DNA from: Candidatus Bathyarchaeota archaeon
GTDB lineage: Archaea > Thermoproteota > Bathyarchaeia > Bathyarchaeales > Bathycorpusculaceae
Direction: 5' to 3'
Length of the DNA: 37,045 bases
Assembly (NCBI GenBank): GCA_963775895.1
Contig: CAVZKL010000005.1
Location: 1-37,045, forward strand
The notes below the pieces were generated by a model. That model was not told the origin of the DNA. It did no database searches and saw only the letters and a program-made list of their open reading frames with translations. Made by a program: the position numbers and the translations under genes. This document shows positions 1 to 10,688 of the stretch, in pieces. The stretch's first letter is position 1, and each line of letters starts with the position of its first letter.

Positions 1-82
1 TCCTATTCCGCAAATAAGAATAAGAGGCAACATACAATAAAAGGCAGACTTTACCAGACGAAATGAGGGAGGTGGGACTACT

Positions 83-232
83 TTGGCTAAGGATCCTGTC
101 TGCGGAATGATGGTTGACGAGAATACCGCGAAATTCAAGTCACAGTTCAGGGGCAAGACCTACTATTTCTGCGCACAATCGTGCAAGGTGACGTTTGACA
201 AGAACCCGACGAGGTATCTTGACGAAAAATAG
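83..232 (+). CDS. YHS/TRASH-domain small metal-binding protein (putative copper chaperone), 49 aa
   Basis: Not in the ORF track. Hand translation from TTG83 gives MAKDPVCGMMVDENTAKFKSQFRGKTYYFCAQSCKVTFDKNPTRYLDEK, with the DPVCGM...YYFCxxxC signature. SD GGAGGTG lies at 68-74. Convergent with copA. Confidence 0.9.
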   Translation: MAKDPVCGMMVDENTAKFKSQFRGKTYYFCAQSCKVTFDKNPTRYLDEK

Positions 233-305
233 AGACGACGCTCAACGGCAACGCCGAAACATCGCAATAGGGCTCGTTCTTTTCTTGAGCCGTGCCCTTC
301 AGGCT

Positions 306-2471
306 TCACGCTTTGAATCTTCGCAACAAGAAGGAGTTGCCGACAACGGTGATGTCACTGAGTATCATCGAAGCCGCGGCGGCTTCAGGTGGAATCAGAA
401 CGCCAAGAAAGCGATACGCCACGCCTGCGGCTAGCGGAATCATTATGATGTTGTAGAAGAACGCCCAGAACAGGTTCTGTCTGATTTTGCCCAGAGTGCT
501 TCTGCTGAGCTTTATGCTCGTCGCCACACTGCGCGGATCGTCCTTGAGCAGCACGATGTCCCCTGAATCGACTGCGATATCAGTGCCGCCTCCGATAGCA
601 ATGCCCACGTTTGCTTGTGTGATGGCAGGGGCATCATTTATGCCGTCGCCGACCATGGCGACAAACCTTCCCTCGCTCTGCAGCTTCTTTATTTCTTCAA
701 CTTTCTGGGCTGGGACAACCTCGGAGAGCACGTCGTTTATGCCCAATTGTTTGGCTATCGCTTCAGCGGTTCTCTTCGTGTCGCCGGTGAGCATGATGAC
801 TTTCAAACCCATCTCTTGCAGGCTGCTGACGGCTTCTTTGAGTGTTCCTTCGCGGTATCTGACACCGCGATGGCCCCCATGGCTTTGCCTTCGACGGCGA
901 GAATTAAAACGGTTTTCGCCTGGTTTTCAAGCGTCTCGATTTCGTTTTCTAAGGGGCCGATGGAGATTCTGTTGTTACTCATCAAAGCGCGATTTCCGAT
1001 CAAAACTTTCTTGGCTTTGACGACTGCGGTCACTCCGAAACCAGGCAGAGCCTCGAAAGATTCAGGATCCTCAACATGGAACTCCCTCGTTCTCAGCTTG
1101 TTTAACGATGGCTTGACCGATCGGGTGCTCAGACCATTTTTCTGCTACGGCGGCTGTCTCAAGAAGCTGCTTTCTGTTTTTGGCAATGACATCCGTGACT
1201 TCAAGTTTGCCCTTGGTTAGCGTTCCCGTCTTGTCAAAAACAACCGTGTCAAGATTCTTGATCACCTCGAGCGAGGCACTGTTCTTTATCAGGATTCCGT
1301 TTTCCGCTCCTTTTCCCACACCGATCATTATCGCAGCGGGCGTCGCGATTCCCAACGCACAAGGACACGAGATTGCTAACACGGCGACAGTTGTCGTCAG
1401 GGCGAGCGCTTGATCTTTGAAAACAAAAAACCATGTCGCGAATGTCAGTATAGAAATCGCTACAACCACGGGCACAAAAACGTTGACGACTTTGTCAGCA
1501 AGTCTCTGTATCGGTGCCTTGCTAGCCTGAACGTCGCGAGCGAGGCGCACTATCTGAGACAGAGTCGTTTCTAAGCCGATTTTCTCAGCTTGAAACTTCA
1601 CCGTTCCAGTCTTGTTGATGGTCCCACTGAAAAGCGTGTCTCCGACCGTCTTTTCTACTGGAACCGATTCGCCTGTGATCATGGATTCGTCGATGAACGT
1701 GTGTCCTTCGGTGACTGTGCCGTCAACAGGAATTCGGGCTCCCGGTCTCACGACGATCGTGTCGCCGACCTGAACCTCGTCAGCTGAGATTTCTTTCTCC
1801 TGTCCCTCTTGAATCACGATGGCTGTTTTGGGTTGAAGCGCCATGAGTTTCTTGATGGCGTCCCCCGTGCGCTCCACGGCCATATCCTCAAGAAGCATGC
1901 CCAACGTTATGGTGGTTATGACGATGGCGGCTGCTTCGAAATAGCCCATGCTTCCAGGGACAAAAAAAGTCACGTAGGCCGAATAAACGTAAGCAACTGA
2001 AGAACTGAGCGCGACCAGCACGTTCATGTCCGCGAAACGGTTTCTGATGGAGCTGTAAGCGCCTCGGTAAAAGTGCCAGCCTACGATAAACTGCACGGGC
2101 GTTGCCAATGCTAGAAGCACGTAGTTTTTGTCGGGAAACATCGTGAAAAAGGTGATGAAAACGATCGGGATAGTCAGTGCCAAACCGATTGAGAAGAGCA
2201 GGATTCTTTCCTTGACTTCCTTCTTTCGCTTCTCGCTTACGTCTTCAACTCTCTCTACAGCCTCGTACCCACCTCTCTTTATCGTTGCTTTTATCTTGTC
2301 TAGAGTGACCTTGTCCTCGTCAAACTTCACCAAGGCTTCTTTGCTGGCGAAGTTCACTCTGGCATCCACTATGCCGTCAAGTCTTTTCAGACCTGACTCG
2401 ATGCCCGTTGCGCAAGCAGCGCAGTGCATGCCCAGAATCTGAAGAACTATCTCTTTTTCTTTCACGACCAT
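306..2471 (-). CDS. copA: Cu(I)-translocating P1B-type ATPase, split by two frameshifts (~1080 and ~835)
   Basis: N-terminal GMHCAAC metal-binding domain, TGES, CPC, DKTGT and SEHP in 1071-2471. The N/P-domain continues in 803-1033. MVGDGINDAP and YN..IP are in 306-812. The three pieces join into one typical CopA. Confidence 0.92.
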
Positions 2472-2500
2472 TCTCTTCTTGGTCTATCCTCAGAAATCCG

Positions 2501-3145
2501 TTATCTAGTGCCTAGCAGAACCTGCTCCAAGAACATGTTCTCTGGAACAGCTCCCACGAACTCGACCTTTTCGTTGACCACTATTTTCGGCACGCCCATC
2601 ACTCCGTACTTCACGGCCAGTTGTGGGAACTCACCGGCGTCGATCACGTCGGTCCTTATCAAGTCGTTTTCGAGCGCAAACATGTGAGCCATGCTTGCAG
2701 CGGTTGGACAGTGTGGACACGTCAGCGTGACGAAAACCTGAATGTGGACTGGAGTGGTTATGGCTCTGAGTTTTGCCTTCGTTTCCTCCGACAGCTCGGT
2801 CCTCCCTTTCGAAACTGTGGACAATGCTGACAGCAAAGTCTGAAATTCGTAACCATACGGAAGCCCGTAGAATCTGATTCCGTAGTCCTTTGCCCCGAGA
2901 AGAACTATCGCGGGAACCTTGTCTACACCGTACTGTTTGGCAAGTTCTGCATCAGCAACAAAATCGCGAACTTCGGCTTGGATCTTGTCGTTCAATGCGG
3001 CAAGCTCGTACACCAGCTGCTTAGTCTGAGCACAATACCCACATTCCAATTCTTGAGTAAACATGATCAGCCTCACGGGGTTGACCAGACTCTCGGCAAG
3101 CTGACCCTTTATGTGTTCTTTATGTTCATCAGGTATCAAACTCAT
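2501..3145 (-). CDS. pdo: Protein disulfide oxidoreductase (PDO, two thioredoxin folds)
   Basis: Two CxxC motifs (CGYC, CPHC), DKVP and GVP cis-Pro loops, RFYGLPYGYEF motif, 214 aa. Confidence 0.88.
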   Translation of the reverse strand: MSLIPDEHKEHIKGQLAESLVNPVRLIMFTQELECGYCAQTKQLVYELAALNDKIQAEVRDFVADAELAKQYGVDKVPAIVLLGAKDYGIRFYGLPYGYEFQTLLSALSTVSKGRTELSEETKAKLRAITTPVHIQVFVTLTCPHCPTAASMAHMFALENDLIRTDVIDAGEFPQLAVKYGVMGVPKIVVNEKVEFVGAVPENMFLEQVLLGTR

Positions 3146-3164
3146 TTCTTTTCACCGTTCCATG

Positions 3165-3599
3165 CTAGTCTTTGAGTTTTTCTAAAATCAAAGCAGGGCA
3201 GATCTTTTTTACTCCATCTATTTTAGCGATTTTCTCGGATATTAATTTGCTGAGTTCTTTTCCGCTTCTGGCCCATACTTCAAGCATTATCATATGATCG
3301 CCGCTTGATGTCGCTACACATTTTACTTCCCTATGGTTGCAAAGGAGCTGTGCAATTTCAAGCATCTTGTCAGATTCCACGTCGATTCCAACTATTGCAA
3401 CAGTGTTCAGACCCATTTTCACGTTATCGACTCTGATCGTGAACTTCTTTATGACACCCGTTGACAGAAGAGTCGAAACACGTTTTCGAATCGCTGATTC
3501 ACTCACCTTCAGTTTCTCAGCTATCTCAGTGAATGACCTTCTTCCATCTTCTTCAAGCATCTCCAGTATTTTCACGTCGGTTTCATCAAGTGTTGACAT
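3165..3599 (-). CDS. Lrp/AsnC family transcriptional regulator (LrpA-like)
   Basis: LDETDVKILEMLEEDGRRSFTEIAEKLKVSESAIRKRV HTH followed by a RAM domain with SSGDHMIM. Confidence 0.9.
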   Translation of the reverse strand: MSTLDETDVKILEMLEEDGRRSFTEIAEKLKVSESAIRKRVSTLLSTGVIKKFTIRVDNVKMGLNTVAIVGIDVESDKMLEIAQLLCNHREVKCVATSSGDHMIMLEVWARSGKELSKLISEKIAKIDGVKKICPALILEKLKD

Positions 3600-3650
3600 T
3601 CTTTCATTTCCGATTTTCGTGCAAATCAGTGCGATTTGCGGATGATTTTA

Positions 3651-3695
3651 GACGAAAAGTATATCAAGGACCCGAAGCATAAAAGCCTTTTCGTC
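3651..3695. promoter_or_regulatory. Face-to-face BRE/TATA promoters for osmC (+) and lrp-pdo-copA (-)
   Basis: + strand GACGAAAAGTATATC at 3651; - strand GACGAAAAGGCTTTTATG starting at 3695. Both share the 9-mer GACGAAAAG. Confidence 0.55.
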
Positions 3696-3712
3696 AAAGG
3701 AGAACAAGAACC

Positions 3713-4129
3713 TTGACAAAACTTCACTCGAAAGCCAAACTGGTTGAAAACTTCAGGATAGATGTCGACGATCAGAGAACACATGCGGTGGCTCTTGATT
3801 TGTCGCCGCCAGACGGAACCGACATGGGCCCGTCAGCTCTGGATCTGTGTTTGATGAGCTTCGCCGGCTGCTATGCGACTATCTTTGTCCTAACCGCCCA
3901 GAAGATGCGGTTTAAGGTGAAGAACTTGGAAGTCAAAGTGGATGCAACAAAGTCCGAACAAGTTGGCACGCTAACAGAGGCCACTGTAAACGTTCTCGTA
4001 GAAGCGGACATGCCTAAAGACAGAATTCAGAGAGCACACGAACTGACCGTGAAAGACTGTCCCGTGGGCAAACTCTTCGAAAAAGCGGGCGTCAAGATAA
4101 GCTACAACGTGCGCACCGGAAAAGAATAG
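3713..4129 (+). CDS. OsmC/Ohr family protein
   Basis: GTDMGPSALDLCLMSFAGCY and a distal CPV; SD AAGGAG before the TTG start. Confidence 0.85.
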   Translation: MTKLHSKAKLVENFRIDVDDQRTHAVALDLSPPDGTDMGPSALDLCLMSFAGCYATIFVLTAQKMRFKVKNLEVKVDATKSEQVGTLTEATVNVLVEADMPKDRIQRAHELTVKDCPVGKLFEKAGVKISYNVRTGKE

Positions 4130-4186
4130 CTTCCCTCTGTTCCCCTTTTGCTCACAAGCCTCGTGTCTTCTTCACCAGTTTGCGTA

Positions 4187-6280
4187 CTAGCTCGGGAAAG
4201 GACAGTTCTGTGTCGGACAGCCCCCAGCATATTCTGGGTCAAGAGCGACGAATTTTCCTTTCTCGGTCTTTATCTCACCTATGTACAGCACTTGTTCGGG
4301 TTTGCTTCCATACCTGAAAACGGTGACTCCTTTGCACTTCAGCTTCCAAGCCATGTCATAGATCTTCCTTACATCATCAACAGTTGCTTCTCTCGGCAGG
4401 TTGACAGTCTTAGAAACCGCGTTGTCAGTGTACTTCTGGAAGGCAGCCTGCATTCTTACGTGCCACTCAGGATCTATGTCGAGCGCAGTCACAAACAGCC
4501 TCTTCACATCATCTGGGACGCCCTGAATCTTCTGAACACTGCCCGTCTTGGCTATTTCTTCAAGCAACTGTGCACTGTAGAAACCCTTCTCTTTAGCTAT
4601 CATCTCGAAAAGCGGGTTGGTCTCAAACAGTCTCGTTCCACTAAGCACGTTCCTAATGAACGAGATTGCGAAGATGGGTTCGATACCCGAAGAGCACCCT
4701 GCTATTATGCTGATGGTTCCTGTTGGAGCCACGGTTGTGACCGTCGCGTTTCTCATCGCGGGATACTTGTTTTGCCAGATGCTTCCTTCAAAGTTCTTGA
4801 ATGATCCTCGTTCTTCGCCTAGTTCAACAGATCGTCTGTGTCCTTCCTCTTCGATGAACTTCATTATCTTCTCGCCGACCTGCAAAGCTTGCTCAGAGTC
4901 GTATGGGACTCCCAGTCTTATCAGCATGTCAGCGAAACCCATAACTCCCAAACCGATCTTCCTGTTAGCCCTCGTTATCTCATCGGTCTCTTTCAGAGGA
5001 TACTTGTTCGCTTCGACCACGTTGTCAAGGAAGTGAACGGCGTTTCGCACCGTGCTCTTGAGTTTTTCCCAGTTGACTTTTCCGTCCTCAACCATTCGTG
5101 AAAGGTTGATCGAGCCCAGGTTGCATGACTCATACGGAAGCAAAGGCTGCTCACCGCAGGGGTTCGTTGACTCCATTCTTCCAACTTGGGGCGTAGGGTT
5201 GTATCTGTTTATTTCATCGATGAAAACGACGCCGGGGTCTCCGCTGGCCCACGCGGATCGAGCCATCAGGTTCCAAACGTCTTTGGCCTTGAGCTTTCCT
5301 GTTTTTTCTTTGTTCCTGGGATTGACTAGCGAGTATTCTCCATCATCTTCGACGGCTTTCATGAACTCGTCAGTAGCCGCGACGGAAATGTTGAAGTTGG
5401 ACAGGAAGCCCGGAGTCTGTTTCGAAGTTATGAATTCAAGAACATCAGGATGATCCACTCGGAGAATTGCCATCATGGCTCCGCGTCTCTTGCCCCCGGC
5501 TTTTATCACCTCAGTGCTCGTGTCGAAAATTCTCATGAAACTCAGAGGACCCGATGCCACCCCCTTGGTTGATTGCACGATGTCGCCCTTTGGCCGAAGT
5601 CTGGAAAAATCAAAGCCCACCCCGCCACCGCTCTTCTCTATTATTGCCATGTCCTTTGCAGCGTCGAAAATACCTTCCAACGAGTCTTCGACGGGCAAGA
5701 CGAAACACGCGGAAAGCTGTCCGAGCGGCGTTCCAGCGTTGAACAGAGTTGGCGTGTTGGGAACGAACTCGAGCTTGGTAATCATGTCATCGAAGGTTCT
5801 CTCGCTCTTTTCCGGGTTGCCACCGAATTTTCTGTCGGGCTGTGCCACAGCTCTCGCGACTCTCTTGAAGAGTGCCGTGGGCGTTTCTATGATATTTTCG
5901 TTCTCGTCTCTGAGAAGGTATCTCTGTCTCAAAACCTCTGAGGCGTTGACTGTCAGTTTCGGTTCTCCGATGTCCAGTTTCTCCCTGAGCTTTCTTATCT
6001 CAAGCTTCTTCTGTCGGTACGCTTGGTATTCCTGAGCAACCTTTTCGTAGCCTTCTTTTCTCAAAACCGCTACGACAAGATCCTGAGCATCCTCAACCGA
6101 CGGTGCCTTTTCCTTGAACTTCTCTTCGAGAAGTCGCACCACTTCCTGGGTTACCTTTCCCGCTTTCTCGCCGTCCTGAAGTTCGACAGCTATGAAAGCC
6201 TTGTAGATTGCGTCTCTGATTCGGTTAGAATCGAAATCAACTACTCTACCGTTTCTCTTAATTATCTTCTTGATAGTCAT
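4187..6280 (-). CDS. nrdJ: Class II adenosylcobalamin-dependent ribonucleotide reductase with N-terminal ATP cone
   Basis: IIKRNGR ATP cone, [23 protein letters not shown] (thiyl radical Cys), [15 protein letters not shown] and a C-terminal Cys pair (CPTQNC). No NrdB nearby. Confidence 0.93.
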   Translation of the reverse strand: MTIKKIIKRNGRVVDFDSNRIRDAIYKAFIAVELQDGEKAGKVTQEVVRLLEEKFKEKAPSVEDAQDLVVAVLRKEGYEKVAQEYQAYRQKKLEIRKLREKLDIGEPKLTVNASEVLRQRYLLRDENENIIETPTALFKRVARAVAQPDRKFGGNPEKSERTFDDMITKLEFVPNTPTLFNAGTPLGQLSACFVLPVEDSLEGIFDAAKDMAIIEKSGGGVGFDFSRLRPKGDIVQSTKGVASGPLSFMRIFDTSTEVIKAGGKRRGAMMAILRVDHPDVLEFITSKQTPGFLSNFNISVAATDEFMKAVEDDGEYSLVNPRNKEKTGKLKAKDVWNLMARSAWASGDPGVVFIDEINRYNPTPQVGRMESTNPCGEQPLLPYESCNLGSINLSRMVEDGKVNWEKLKSTVRNAVHFLDNVVEANKYPLKETDEITRANRKIGLGVMGFADMLIRLGVPYDSEQALQVGEKIMKFIEEEGHRRSVELGEERGSFKNFEGSIWQNKYPAMRNATVTTVAPTGTISIIAGCSSGIEPIFAISFIRNVLSGTRLFETNPLFEMIAKEKGFYSAQLLEEIAKTGSVQKIQGVPDDVKRLFVTALDIDPEWHVRMQAAFQKYTDNAVSKTVNLPREATVDDVRKIYDMAWKLKCKGVTVFRYGSKPEQVLYIGEIKTEKGKFVALDPEYAGGCPTQNCPFPS

Positions 6281-6309
6281 ACCTGACCAACTTGAATGTG
6301 CTCTTGTTT

Positions 6310-6372
6310 CGAGTATAAATCCTTTAATCTCAGCACTCTAGAGGGCACAGAGTCGAGAAACTCTTTTATAAC
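6310..6372. promoter_or_regulatory. Divergent TATA promoters for nrdJ (-) and mce (+)
   Basis: - strand AAAGGATTTATAC (~6313-6325); + strand GAAACTCTTTTATAA (6357-6371). Confidence 0.5.
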
Positions 6373-6416
6373 GTGACTGACAAGCCGTTCAATATCTTGA
6401 AAAGGACGGACAAACG

Positions 6417-6821
6417 TTGATTGAAACGATAGATCACGTCGGAATTGCAGTGAAAAACTTGGATGAAGCAATCGCTCTCTACCGAGACGTCTTGGGTTTC
6501 AGGCTTGAAGGAGTTTACACGCTGAATGAGCGCAAGATCAAACTGGCATCCTTCAGAGGCGGCAACGAAACCCACGTTGAGCTTGTACAACCCCTGAGCG
6601 ACGACAGCACGGTTGCAAAGTTTCTTGAAACTCGAGGCGAAGGTATCCACCACATCGCCGTGAAGGTCAAGGACGTCAAAGCCGTGCTTGGAGAGTACAA
6701 ACGGAAGGGTCTCGCCCTGATTGACGAAGAACCGAAACCAGGCGCTGGAGGTTCAAGAGTAGCTTTTGTTCATCCGAAGAGCACTCGCGGCGTCCTTCTG
6801 GAACTTGTCGAAAGACCATAA
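6417..6821 (+). CDS. mce: Methylmalonyl-CoA epimerase
   Basis: VOC fold with metal ligands IDHVGIAV, ELVQP, GEGIHHIA, FVHPKSTRGVLLELVE; consistent gene context. Confidence 0.93.
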   Translation: MIETIDHVGIAVKNLDEAIALYRDVLGFRLEGVYTLNERKIKLASFRGGNETHVELVQPLSDDSTVAKFLETRGEGIHHIAVKVKDVKAVLGEYKRKGLALIDEEPKPGAGGSRVAFVHPKSTRGVLLELVERP

Positions 6822-6892
6822 GCCCAGTCGACGCGTTGTCCACATGTTCTAAATATCTGCAATAGTTATAGACAAATCGTGAGTGAAGAAAT

Positions 6893-8458
6893 ATGGGCTC
6901 AAAAGAGTCGACGGTAGATGACAAAATCAAGCGCTTGAAAGAGTTAAACGAAGAGGCTAAGCTCGGCGGAGGAAAGAAACGGATCGATGAACAGCATAAA
7001 AAAGGCAAATTGACGGCTCGAGAACGCATCGAACTCTTGCTTGATCAAGGCAGCTTCAACGAACTGGACCGGTTCGTGGTTCACCAGTGCACGGACTTCG
7101 GCATGGCGGACAAGAAGACACTCGGCGATGGCGTCGTCACGGGTTACGGCACGATTGACGGTCGCTTGGTCTACGTGTTTTCCCAGGACTTCACGGTTTT
7201 CGGCGGCTCTCTAGGCGAAATGTTCGCGAAGAAAGTTTGCAAGATCATGGACCTTGCCGTGAAGGCAGGTGCGCCAGTAATAGGCTTGAACGACAGCGGC
7301 GGTGCGCGAATACAGGAAGGCGTAGCGAGCCTGGCAGGTTATGGAGACATCTTCTTCAGGAACGTCACAAGCTCGGGTGTGGTGCCTCAAATCTCAGCGG
7401 TCTTGGGACCGTGCGCGGGTGGAGCCGTGTATTCGCCGGCTCTTACTGATTTCATAATTATGGTGGACAAGACGAGTCACATGTTCATCACGGGCCCAGA
7501 CGTCGTCAAGACCGTTCTGGGACAGGAAGTTGATTTCGAGGAATTGGGCGGTGCGATGGTTCATGGCACGACGAGCGGTGTAATTCATTTCATAGCCAAG
7601 GACGAACAGAACTGCATGCAGATAATCAAGAAACTGCTGAGTTTCCTGCCCAGCAACTACCTAGAAGATCCACCTGTTGTCGAGACCGGTGACGACCCAA
7701 ACCGTACTGACCAGACTCTGGTAAAGATCTTGCCCGACGATCCTGACAAGCCCTACGACGTGAAGGAGGTCATCCACCGCATCGTTGACAAAGATGATTT
7801 CTTCGAGGTTCAACCTCTCTGGGCACAAAACATAGTAGTAGGTTTCGCCCGTTTGAACGGCAAAACTGTCGGAATCGTTGCCAACCAGCCTGCATATTAC
7901 TCAGGAGCCTTGGACATCAACAGCTCCATGAAAGCGGCAAGGTTCGTGCGTTTCTGTGACGCCTTCAACATTCCGATAGTCACTTTTGTCGACGTACCAG
8001 GTTTCCTCCCAGGCATTGAGCAAGAGCACGGCGGCATAATCAAACACGGCTCAAAACTTCTGTACGCTTACTGCGAAGCAACCGTGCCCAAAATCACCGT
8101 GATTTTGAGAAAAGACTACGGCGGAGCGTACGACGTTATGGGCTCTAAGCACAGCGGAGCTGACATAAACTACGCGTGGCCCACGGCTGAAATTGCAGTG
8201 ATGGGACCCCACGGAGCGATAAACATCATCTTCAGAAAAGAAATAGCCGAAGCAAAGGATCCGAAACAGAAACACAGCGAATTGGTCACTGAATACCGCC
8301 AAAAGTTTGCGAGCCCTTACATAGCGGCACAGAAGGGTTACATCGATGAAGTCATCGAGCCAGCTGAAACCCGTCCCAAACTCATAAGCGCCTTAGAAAG
8401 TTTGGCCACAAAACGTGAAATCAGACCTTCGAGAAAACATTCGAACCTCCCGTTGTAG
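6893..8458 (+). CDS. Methylmalonyl-/propionyl-CoA carboxyltransferase (PccB/MmdA/transcarboxylase 12S type)
   Basis: [49 protein letters not shown] and a C-terminal KHSNLPL; 521 aa. Confidence 0.93.
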   Translation: MGSKESTVDDKIKRLKELNEEAKLGGGKKRIDEQHKKGKLTARERIELLLDQGSFNELDRFVVHQCTDFGMADKKTLGDGVVTGYGTIDGRLVYVFSQDFTVFGGSLGEMFAKKVCKIMDLAVKAGAPVIGLNDSGGARIQEGVASLAGYGDIFFRNVTSSGVVPQISAVLGPCAGGAVYSPALTDFIIMVDKTSHMFITGPDVVKTVLGQEVDFEELGGAMVHGTTSGVIHFIAKDEQNCMQIIKKLLSFLPSNYLEDPPVVETGDDPNRTDQTLVKILPDDPDKPYDVKEVIHRIVDKDDFFEVQPLWAQNIVVGFARLNGKTVGIVANQPAYYSGALDINSSMKAARFVRFCDAFNIPIVTFVDVPGFLPGIEQEHGGIIKHGSKLLYAYCEATVPKITVILRKDYGGAYDVMGSKHSGADINYAWPTAEIAVMGPHGAINIIFRKEIAEAKDPKQKHSELVTEYRQKFASPYIAAQKGYIDEVIEPAETRPKLISALESLATKREIRPSRKHSNLPL

Positions 8459-8585
8459 CGGAACAAGCGAGTGGAAGACGAAGCGGCACGTACTCAAAGG
8501 ACCACTCAAGATGATAATAGATTAATAGACCTTCACCTCAATTTTCAAGTTCCCAGACTCGGAGCATTGCTAAGAGCAGGTCAGG

Positions 8586-10131
8586 TTGGCTTTGAAACAC
8601 GTCAAGATAACAGACACCACCTTCAGGGATGCACATCAGAGTCTGATCGCCACGAGAATGCGAACTGACACGATGCTTCCCATTGCAGAGAAGATGGATC
8701 AAGTTGGCTTTTTTTCGCTAGAAGCATGGGGAGGCGCCACATTCGACGTAGCGATACGCTACCTCGCAGAAGATCCATGGGAACGGATTCGCCAACTGAA
8801 AAAACACGTCAAGAACACACCGCTCCAGATGCTCCTGCGCGGTCAGAACGTCGTCGGTTACCGCAATTACCCTGACGATGTGGTTGAGAAGTTCATAGAG
8901 AAAGCCGCTGAGAACGGAATAGACATCTTCCGAGTCTTCGACGCTTTGAACGACGTAAGAAACATGGAAGTCGCCATAAAGACCGTGAAGAAAAACGGCA
9001 GACATGCTCAAGGCACGATCAGCTACACCATCAGCCCCTTTCACACTGTCGAGTATTTCGTGAAATTCGCCATGAAGCTGGCCGAGCTCGACTGCGATTC
9101 AATATGCGTAAAAGACATGGCTGGCATGCTGGCGCCACAGCCCGCGTTCGAGCTTATATCCGCTCTAAAAAAGAAAGTTGGCCTGCCCGTCCATCTGCAC
9201 AGCCACAGCACGAGCGGGATGGCCATGATGACTTACTTTCACGCCTGCGAAGCCGGTGTGGACATTTTGGACACTGCGTTCTCACCGTTGGCGTGGGGTA
9301 CGTCGCAGCCTCCTGTCGAGTCGGTCGTTGCGGCTTTGAAGGGAACGCCCTACGACACATGCTTGGACAGTGAATTGCTCAACGAAATCGCGCAGTACTT
9401 CCGTGAACTGCGTGAGAAGTATTACGACCCCTTGAGGTTGGTGGACCCGAAGTCCGAGCGAGTTGATCCGTCAATAATCGTGCATCAGATTCCAGGCGGT
9501 ATGTTTTCAAACCTGTTGGAACAGCTGAGGGAGCAGAAAGCGTCGGACAAGCTCGGTGAAGTGCTTGAAGAAGTGCCCAAAGTGAGAAAAGAACTGGGTT
9601 ATCCGCCTCTCGTCACACCGACCAGCCAGCTTGTGGGTATTCAAGCGGTTCTGAACGTCATCTCAGGAAAAAGGTACAGCATCGTGCCCAAGGAGATCAA
9701 GGACTACGTGAAAGGGTTGTACGGAAGACCACCCGCACCCATCGATGAGAAGATTAGGAAGAAGATCATAGGCGACGAGGAACCGATCACGTGTCGCCCC
9801 GCTGACTTGCTTGAGCCGATGCTTGACAAGATTCCAGACGATGTGAAGCCTTACATTGAATCCGATGAAGATCGACTCACTTACGTGCTGTTTCCACAGA
9901 CGGCACTGGAATTCTTCAAGAAGAGAAAGATCAACCGCCAAGATATCAACGCTGGTATTTCGCCTGAAAGACTTGCGGAACTTGAAGAAGCCGCAGCCCT
10001 TTCGATGGCAGTAGTGAACTACTTGCAGAATCAGTCATCCGTCAAGGCGCTCACCCTGTCGAAGAGGAAAGACAGAATCGTCTTACTGGGTCTTAGCGGC
10101 TCGTCAAAACCAAGTTGAACGTGGTGCCTGA
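8586..10131 (+). CDS. Pyruvate/oxaloacetate carboxyltransferase (PycB/OadA/transcarboxylase 5S type) with no biotinyl domain and a C-terminal docking tail
   Basis: DTTFRDAHQSL, EAWGGATFD, MLLRGQN, CVKDMAG, HLHSH, HQIPGGM and GYPPLVTPTSQ. The as-read stop is at 10118. Removing one A near 10068-10070 gives ...KRKTESSYWVLAARQNQVERGA* ending at 10131, 2 nt before the next ATG. Confidence 0.9.
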
Positions 10132-10133
10132 AC

Positions 10134-10688
10134 ATGCCAGAGTACGAGGTCTTCGTCGACGGAAAGAACAGAAAAGTGGAACTTACCAGAAACGCAGAAA
10201 ACTCCTTCACTGCCAAGATCGACGGCAAAGAGCACGCGCTCGGCATTGACACTGATTCTTTGAATGTTGAAAACCCTTTCACTGTGAGAATAGACAACAA
10301 ATCCTACCACATCGAACTGCCCAGAGCAGACAGGACAAGAGAATTTTCAGTGAAGGTGGATGAAGCCGTCTTCAAAGCTGAGATAAGAACTCCTACCAGA
10401 AAGAGCACGTTCACGACCTTTGAGCCCGCAACAACTGCAACGTCAAGAAGAGCGACTAGGAACAGGCAAGTCATGGAAGGAAGTGTTACAGCTCCCATGA
10501 CCGGCAAGGTGGTGCGGGTGAAAGTGAAAGAGGGAGAGCAGGTGAAGACGGGTCAAGTCCTGTGCGTCGTTGAGGCGATGAAGATGGAAAACGAAATCGT
10601 TGCACCTAAAACGGGCACGGTCAAGGAAGTATGCGTAGCAGAAGGTTCGTCAGTGAGCGAAGGCGAGCCTCTTGTCACGATCGGCTAG
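10134..10688 (+). CDS. Biotin carboxyl carrier protein with extended N-terminal beta-hairpin domain
   Basis: APMTGKV...[10 protein letters not shown] biotinylation motif and a Thr/Arg-rich linker. Confidence 0.93.
   Translation: MPEYEVFVDGKNRKVELTRNAENSFTAKIDGKEHALGIDTDSLNVENPFTVRIDNKSYHIELPRADRTREFSVKVDEAVFKAEIRTPTRKSTFTTFEPATTATSRRATRNRQVMEGSVTAPMTGKVVRVKVKEGEQVKTGQVLCVVEAMKMENEIVAPKTGTVKEVCVAEGSSVSEGEPLVTIG

Noticed and set aside
1-60. Possible minus-strand ORF start (MLPLILICGIG) at the window edge
   Set aside because: Too short to support.
62-71. AATGAGGGAG before the YHS gene, complementary to the hairpin RNA 3' arm
   Set aside because: It is only 10 nt, purine-rich and buried in the predicted stem, so chance is plausible.
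4187-6280. Intein in nrdJ
   Set aside because: The 697-aa length and continuous motifs leave no room, and there is no intein signature.
8471-8668. 65-aa ORF as a possible delta/epsilon subunit between the carboxyltransferases
   Set aside because: It has no TM helix or AA..AA/SxW motif, overlaps the 5S gene out of frame, and looks intergenic.
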